NCBI GenBank assembly: GCA_963751345.1
Contig: CAVVUS010000035.1
Location: forward strand, 1 to 33,674
DNA from: an uncultured Chloroflexia bacterium
GTDB taxonomy: Bacteria; Chloroflexota; Anaerolineae; B4-G1; SLSP01
Length of the DNA: 33,674 nucleotides
Direction: 5' to 3'
The position numbers and the translations under genes were made by a program. A model generated the notes under the pieces. It did no database searches, was not told the DNA's origin, and worked only from the letters and a program-made list of their open reading frames with translations. Numbering within the stretch: the first letter of the stretch is position 1; every line of letters begins with the position of its first letter. Shown piece after piece: positions 26,808 through 33,674 of this stretch.

Positions 26808-29800
26808 ATGAACCTACCGGCCATCCTGGCGATCCTGGGCCTGGCCTGCTATAGCGCGCTGTTCTACGCCATTGTGTCGTCCCCCGTGCACACCAGGGGG
26901 AAGGTCCGACGGCTATTCCTGGCCAGCCTGGTCGTGATGGTGGCGTGGCAGGTTTCTGCCCTGGTGGTCAGTCTCGCACACAGTGAGAGCCTGGCGATCA
27001 TGGGATACCAGGCCATGACATCCATCGTCGTGGTGTTCGGTATCTCATATGCCCTTTTCGTCCGTGCGTTCCTGATGATGAGCGACAGCAGGAGGCTGAC
27101 CGTTGGGGGCAGCCTCCTGTCGATCGTCACCCTGGTGCTCGTGGTAGCGGCCCGCTCAAGCATCCTTCGTAGCGTCTACTGGAATACCACGACCCAATTC
27201 TTCCTCCCCACATTCGGCCCACTGGCAGCCGTCGTTGGCGTGCCGTACTACTTCCTCCTCGGTTATGTGGCCTACCTCCTGTTGCAGGGATATCGGCGGG
27301 CTCAGCAGCCTCTCGTCCGCGCCCGGATTCAATACCTGCTGGTAGGTTGGTGTGTGGTGCTGCTGGGGACCTTGGCCAACTTCGTACCGGCGCGTCAAGG
27401 ATTATCCCGTTGATCTGATGGCGAATGTCCTGAATGCCATGCTGATTACCTATGCGATCTTCCGCTACCAGCTCCTGGACATCAGCCTCGTCATCCGCAA
27501 AGGGCTGGCCTACTCCATCCCGACCACCATCATCGCTATCGCGTATTTTCTTACCGTTTTCTTGGTGGAGAGGCTGTTGGCCCTTGTGGGCTATCAGGTG
27601 TTCCTTCTGTCTCTGGTCGTGGCAGCTATCACCGCCGTCGCGGTTCAGCCTCTTCGCGACAGGGCGCAGCTCTGGGTCGACCGGTTATTCTTTCGTGAGA
27701 AGTACGACGCCCAACTCATGCTCCAGGAGCTCAGTGGGCTGGCAACCTCTATCCTGGATATCGACAAGCTGACGTCTATCTTGCTGGATCGCCTCGCGGC
27801 CACGATGCACGTCAAACTGGCGTTCATCATGCTGAGGGAACCGGAAAGCTCCCAGTTCCGTCTGGTCGCTCAGATGGGGCGGGAGAAGCCGGATCACGAG
27901 GTTGTCTTCCGCGGGGACCACCCCGTGGTGCGGTGGGTGGCACAACAGAGAGAACCCCTCAGCCGCTACGATATGGACGTGATTCCTGAGTTCAAAGCCC
28001 TGTGGGTTCAGGAACGTGAGGAACTGGACAGTATAGAGGCGCAGCTCTTTATCTCCCTGCTGGCCCGAGGGGAGTTGATCGGCATCCTCATCCTGGGCCC
28101 CAAGCTCTCGCAAACTCCCTATTCACAGGATGAGCAACTCACCCTCACCACCCTGGCCAATCAGGTGGCGATCGCCATCGAGAACGCTCGGCTTTTCGGA
28201 GAAGCCCAGGAGGAGATCGCCGAGCGCAAGCGGGCGGAAGCTATGCTTCGACGGCGCACCGCACGGTTGGAGTTACTGCGCGAGATCGACGAGGCCATCC
28301 TGGAGTCTCGCCCACTCGACAAGACCATCGAAATCGCCCTCCGGCGCCTGCGCGAGCTCCTCGGCTGTGAAGGCGCCGGCCTGGTCACGCTGTCTGCGGT
28401 GATTCCCGACGCCTCTCCCGTCACACTGGAGATCGAGGCTAAGTCTGCGGGCGCCGCCGGGGCACGTGTCGCGACCAAGGAGCCCGGTCTCCGCGATCAC
28501 GGAGGCCTCCGGGTGCTTCAGGAAGGAAGCATCTACGTGGTGGACGATCTGGAAAACGCCAGCTATCCATGGCAGGAGCTTCAGGAGCTGCGAGCGTTGG
28601 GGCACCGTTCCGCGCTCCTTGTGCCGGTGCTCCAACGTCAGCCACAGTTGGTGGATACCCTGGTACTCGCGGCGAACGAGCCCGGAGCCTTCGGAACTGA
28701 GGAACAGGAGGCCGGGAGGGAGGTGGCGCATTCGCTCGCCCTGGCCATCCGCAATACGGAGATGCGCCGCGAGATTCGAGAGCGAGCCCAGGCGCTGGAG
28801 CAGCAGTTGGCCCGCGTGAACCTCTTCAACGAGATCACCAGGGCCATCGCGGCGCACCACGATCTCGACAGCATCCTGAGAGTCGTCTCACAGCGGCTGG
28901 AGGACGATTTCACAGACCTGGCCTCCGTCTGGCTGGGGGACGGGGAGACATTCACGTTGGCCGCGAATGGCGACCGGAGCGCGAAGGTGGTGGCAGAGAC
29001 TAACCTACCCAGCCGGATAACGCTGCCCCCAGATATAGCCGAGGGGCATGTGCTCAGGCAGGGAAGGTTGGCGTATATAGCCGATCTGACGAGCTTCGGG
29101 GTGCCGGCGGCCGAGCAGGTTGTGCGCCACCTGGACGTGCGCTCGGCTGCGATCATTCCACTGATGGTGGAGGGCACGGTGTTTGGCGTGATCGTCAGCG
29201 TACGGCGCGGACAGGACGCTTTCAGCCGGGCAGAGCGCGACTTCCTGACCGGATTGGGCGAACACGTGGCTTTGGCCGTTCACCAGGCCCAGCTCCACGA
29301 GGATGTGGCAGCGGCCTACAGCGAACTGCGTGAAACTCAGCGCGCGGCGATGCAACAGGAGCGGCTGCGGGCGCTCGGCGAGATGGCCTCCGGTATCGCC
29401 CACGACATCAACAACGCCATTTCACCCATTCCCCTCTATGTCGGACTCATCGAAGCCAGAACGCAGCTAGACGAACAGGCCAAGGGCTACTTGCGCACGA
29501 TCGGGACTGCGGTCAGGGATGTCGCGGAGACGGTGGGGCGCATGCGGCAGTTCTATCGCCGGCGGGAAGAGGAAGATCTCCTCCCGGTGCACGTGAATCC
29601 GGCAGTGCAACAGGCGATCGAGTTGACGCGCCCGCGTTGGCGTGATGTTCCCCAGGAACAGGGGATCACCATCGACCTGCAGACTGATCTTCGGGAGGAT
29701 CTATCGCCCGTGATGGGAAACGAGGGTGAGATTCGCCAGGCTGTGACCAACTTGATCCTCAACGCCGTAGATGCCATGCCCCAGGGGGGCACGTTGACCG

Positions 29801-30474
29801 TCCGCACGTGCGAAGGTCCGGATCCGTCCGAACACGTGATCCTCGAGGTGATCGATACCGGTATCGGCATGGCGGAGGAGATTCTGGCACGGGCCTTCGA
29901 GCCCTTTTTCACCACCAAAGGGGCGCGGGGAAGCGGGATGGGGCTGGCGACGGTCTACGGTACGATGCAGCGGCACGGTGGCGACGTGCAAGCTGATAGT
30001 GTCCCTGGCGGGGGAACGACGATGCGGCTGATCTTCCCGGTGGGCGAGATGGTCGAGGAGGCCATCATCGAAGATGCGCCTTCTGTGCCACCGGCGCCCT
30101 TGCGAATCCTGTGTATTGACGACGAGCCGCTGGTGCGTGAAGCCATGAGGGATGCATTGGAGGCTGAAGGGCACACGGTGGCACTCGCCGACGGCGGACA
30201 GTCAGGGCTGGAGGCATTCTATGTCGCGCGCCAAGAAGGCCAGCCATTCGAGGTGGTGATCACCGATCTGGGCATGCCCCACGTGGATGGACGCAAGGTG
30301 GCCCAGACCGTGAAGGAGGCGTCGCCGGAGACGCCGGTGATCCTGCTGACAGGCTGGGGACAGCGTCTGCGGTCGGAGAATGAGATACCTGTAGACGTCG
30401 ATCTGATGCTGTCGAAGCCGCCGAGCATTGAGGCCCTCAATCGGGCCCTGGCCCGCGTGACCTTGCGAGGCTGA
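26808..30474 (+). CDS. Hybrid sensor histidine kinase: HisKA_7TM-like membrane sensor, 3 GAF, HisKA, HATPase, REC (frameshift near 27392)
   Basis: TM region ending YAIFRYQLLDI; three GAF-like segments; H-box GIAHDINN, N-box NLILNAVDAM, DTGIGM, FEPFFTTK, GSGMGL; REC motifs IDDE, TDLGMP, LTGW, SKP. Confidence 0.9.
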
Positions 30475-30562
30475 GATGTTTCGCTCGCATGAAGCCCGGC
30501 TCGTCATTGTGACCTGAGATGCTTCGCTACGCACAGATCCCAGGGGCCAGGGCAACCGGTAC

Positions 30563-31514
30563 CTATCTCGCGATCCGCTTCTCCCAACGCTGCGTGATCG
30601 ACACCTGGGTCCGGGGAAGCGTTGCCGGCGCGGCCATGGCGTCGTCCATGTAGAGATAGGTCGATTTCGGGTAGCTGCCGAATGCGGCGTGGTTTCCCTC
30701 GCGGTCGACGGCGACGAAGCTCATCCCACTCAGGTAGCGACCGCCCAGATCGTTGAGATCCGCCATCGCCCGGTTGCCCGCCTCTACGAGCGAGACACCC
30801 CATCTTCAAGTAGAAGACGACGCTGTGCGCTGTCGCCGCACGAATGGCCATCTCGCCGGTGCCGGTGCACGCGGCGGCACCGTAGCGGTCGTCCGCATAG
30901 AACCCGGCGCCGGCGATCGGTGAATCTCCCACCCGCCCGGGATACTTCCAGGCCCACCCGCTGGTGCTCACGCCGGCGCAGATGTGGCCCTGCGCATCGC
31001 AAGCGATCACGTTGGTGGTGCCGTGGGTGCGCTCCGGATCGGTCGCGATCTCGACCCAGCGCCAGATATCGTCCCGACTCGCGATGCTCCCGAGCTCGTC
31101 ATCGGACATCTCGGGTGTGAGACCGCGGGCCCAGGCCCGGCGGGCCGCGTCGGTGAGCAAGTCCTCGGGCTCGAAGCCCATCTCGGCTGCAAAGCGCGCC
31201 GCTCCCTCGCCCACCAGAAGGACGTGCGGAAGTTCGTCCATCACGCGTCGCGCGACGGAGATGGGGTGCCGGTAGTTCTTCAGGGCAGCGACCGCACCAC
31301 TCGTGCGGTCGCTGCCCTGCATGATCCCGGCGTCCAGCTCCACCTCACCGATCAGGTTGGGGTAACCGCCGTAGCCGACGGAATGGTCCTCGGCGTTGTC
31401 CTCTACGGCGCGGATGGCGGCCTCAACGGCATCCGCCGCCGAGCGCCCCGCACGCAACAGGTCCATTGCCGCCGGGAGGCCAACGCCGGCGTTCGTGCTG
31501 GCAACCAAGTACAT
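30563..31514 (-). CDS. Type-2 asparaginase / N(4)-(beta-N-acetylglucosaminyl)-L-asparaginase family Ntn hydrolase (frameshift near 30800)
   Basis: SVGYGGYPN, ELDAGIM, HGTTNV cleavage site, STSG, GRVGDSPI, TGTGE. One extra G in a G4 run; the C-terminus continues in ORF 30563..30766. Confidence 0.87.
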
Positions 31515-31526
31515 CGTGCTCAGCCT

Positions 31527-32501
31527 CTACTGCGGCAGCGCCTGTACGTAGAGCTGGTACTGCGCGTAGGGAGCCGGGCTGATCACGACATCGAACGAGG
31601 CCGAGGCGCCCGGATCGATAGGATCGAGCAGCAGATCAACCCCCGCGTTGACAATCACACCCGTCTGATCGATCAGCACGCCTGTGACCGTGACGTCGCG
31701 AACGATGACCGGATTGGGGTTGTGGACCGAGCCCTTGATATGCACGTAGCCGATGGCGTCTCGAGAGGCCGAGACGCCGCTGAGATCGACGGGCACGGTG
31801 TTCCGGTCGGTAGGATGCCCGTCGGGGTGGAGCATCACCTGGGTGATGTCCTTGTCAATGGTATCCAACAGGAACGGGCAGCTGTCACCCGGCTCCAGGA
31901 TCGGGCACTGGACGTTGACCTGGACCGGCCCAAAGCGCGATCCGTCGGCGCGGAAGAACGTGGCGTTCATATCGAGATCAGTGTAGGGCACGGTGTCATC
32001 GTTGCGTACGAGGCCGGAGATCTCGAAGTGGTAGCCGGCGAACTCGCGGTTCATGCTCACGATCACGGTGAGCGGCGGCGCAGGCGTCTCATCTCGAAGA
32101 ATGGTCAGCGCTGAGTTGGTGACAATCGGTTCGGGCGTCGGCTGGGCCAGGGGATTCGTCCTGGGCGCAGGCGGCGCTACCGTGGGCAGGGGCATCAGCG
32201 TCGGGAGCAACGTCTCTGTGAGAACCTCGGTTTCCGTTACGGTGGATTCCGGGATCAGCGTGGCCTCCGGCGTCGGGCCAAGCGCCGGCGCGGTTGTGGG
32301 TGTGCCGACAAGTACCTGGATCGGTTCCATCGTCGCGGCCGACTCCGGCGTGCGCCGGGGGGCAACCGGCTGCGACGAGGGCTGTTGGGTCGGCGGAAAT
32401 GACGTCGTGGGCTCGATTGTGGGAGCTTCCGTCGGCTGCGCCGAACACGCGGTGAGAACCAGGATACTGATAGCCAAACAAAGGGTCAATCTACGGAGCA
32501 T
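31527..32501 (-). CDS. Lipoprotein with Pro/Thr-rich linker and two FxLYD-like domains
   Basis: GGAGG RBS; lipobox LTA-C; ISGLVRN...ATFFRADG...LEPGDSCPF and IKGSVHN...GVLIDQTG...IDPGASASF. Confidence 0.75.
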   Translation of the reverse strand: MLRRLTLCLAISILVLTACSAQPTEAPTIEPTTSFPPTQQPSSQPVAPRRTPESAATMEPIQVLVGTPTTAPALGPTPEATLIPESTVTETEVLTETLLPTLMPLPTVAPPAPRTNPLAQPTPEPIVTNSALTILRDETPAPPLTVIVSMNREFAGYHFEISGLVRNDDTVPYTDLDMNATFFRADGSRFGPVQVNVQCPILEPGDSCPFLLDTIDKDITQVMLHPDGHPTDRNTVPVDLSGVSASRDAIGYVHIKGSVHNPNPVIVRDVTVTGVLIDQTGVIVNAGVDLLLDPIDPGASASFDVVISPAPYAQYQLYVQALPQ

Positions 32502-32551
32502 AGCGGTATTTCCTCCAGAAAAAGTTAAGGGTTGCTTCCGTCGCCGCGAAG

Positions 32552-33601
32552 CTATCTTGCCGTCGCGACGGCGGCAGTGCGCGGTTCCATCCACGTCTCG
32601 AAGACGGCTGCCACGTTCTCTGCCGAGACATCGTTGCCCCACTCGCACTGGGCGATGACGCCTCCGGATCCGTCGTCGAGCGCCTGCCGGACGCGCCGGA
32701 CGCCGGCTTTGACGTCCTCGACGGTACCGAAGGGCAGCAGGTGCTGGCGATCGATCTCGCCCCAGAACGTGATCTTGCCCCGGTATTGGCGCGCCAACGC
32801 TTCGATGTCCATACAGAAGAGCTGCGAGTTCAGCGCGTCGACGCCGATCTCGATGAGGTCGGGATAGATCGCGGCAATGTAGCCATCGGAATGCATAAAG
32901 ACGAACTTGCCGGCTCCGTGGATGATGTCGCAGTAGTCCGCGTAGAGCGGCTTGAAGAGTTCCCGCCACATAGCCGGCGAGATGAGCAGTCGCTCCTGCG
33001 TGCCCCAGTCATCCATAAAGCCGATGGCGTCGACGTCGGTCTTGATCCATAGCTCCAGCGCGCGGATGAAGTAGGCGTGCAGCATATCCCGAAGTTTCAA
33101 CATCTCACGCGTGCCGTAGCCGAGGTCGAGGTAGAGCTTCTCGCTGCCGCGCAGGAACTGCATGCGTTCGAAGGGGCGGACGGTGTCGGCCGGGGCCAGC
33201 ACGAACCTGTCGGTGGCAGCGCAGGCTGCGTCGACGCGGCTGAAATCGGCGTCCTCCAGCATCTCCCAGGGAGGCTGATACGTGGCCAACGCGGCCCAGT
33301 CGGCCAGCGGCGCGTGCTTCACCTCGCCGATCACCCCGGCCTCCGCGACCTCCCAGCCGCAGCCCCATTCGTCCACGTAGGAGCCGACCTGGTTGGGAAC
33401 GCCGCGCGCGCGGTCGGCAGGGCCGTAGTTGAAGTCGGGGCCTGTGAAGTCCGAAGGGTAGGCCGCCTGCATGGCGGCCAACGCCTCCGGGCGGCGCATC
33501 GGGATCCCGGGCAGCGTCCACAGATCGCGTGGGGCACGGTCGGGGTGCTCGAAACGCAGCGCTTTGGTGACGCGCTCGCGGCTGGTGATGGGAGACGGCA
33601 T
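32552..33601 (-). CDS. Uroporphyrinogen decarboxylase / MtaA-like family protein
   Basis: TSRERV, DEWGC, FERMQFLRG, MDDWGTQ, ISPAMWRELFKP, HSDG, FWGEIDRQ; GGAGG RBS. Confidence 0.88.
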   Translation of the reverse strand: MPSPITSRERVTKALRFEHPDRAPRDLWTLPGIPMRRPEALAAMQAAYPSDFTGPDFNYGPADRARGVPNQVGSYVDEWGCGWEVAEAGVIGEVKHAPLADWAALATYQPPWEMLEDADFSRVDAACAATDRFVLAPADTVRPFERMQFLRGSEKLYLDLGYGTREMLKLRDMLHAYFIRALELWIKTDVDAIGFMDDWGTQERLLISPAMWRELFKPLYADYCDIIHGAGKFVFMHSDGYIAAIYPDLIEIGVDALNSQLFCMDIEALARQYRGKITFWGEIDRQHLLPFGTVEDVKAGVRRVRQALDDGSGGVIAQCEWGNDVSAENVAAVFETWMEPRTAAVATAR

Positions 33602-33674
33602 CGACAGGATACCTCCGATAAGTGATGACTTAAGGTACCTCTAAGCGCGAAGAATGCAAGGGGAGGGGGAGAAT

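Overview
GC-rich bacterial window. The SH3b-repeat, FxLYD-lipoprotein, URO-D-like and DUF362 gene content suggests Chloroflexota (Anaerolineae-like), but this is an inference. A + strand block (344-18986) encodes an SH3b-repeat protein, a membrane protein and two URO-D/MtaA-like proteins. It continues with a c-di-AMP (ydaO-type) riboswitch and terminator ahead of two paralogous MFS transporters, two paralogous DUF362 proteins, a non-canonical DapA-family lyase, an enolase-superfamily enzyme, a PhnP-like MBL hydrolase, an APH/fructosamine-type kinase, a clan GH-A glycosidase and an atypical glycyl radical enzyme. A - strand set (URO-D-like, FxLYD lipoprotein, type-2 asparaginase, GH116, GH20, MFS) is interrupted by a + strand three-gene module: SAM methyltransferase, GH3-family acyl-amido synthetase-like protein and a 7TM-GAF hybrid histidine kinase. 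That module is my best candidate for an undescribed signal synthesis/sensing system. Several intergenic gaps hold palindromes built from 7-8 nt repeats. About ten frameshifts, mostly single-base insertions, split otherwise intact genes and are probably consensus errors. All family calls come from motif recognition by eye; no searches were run.
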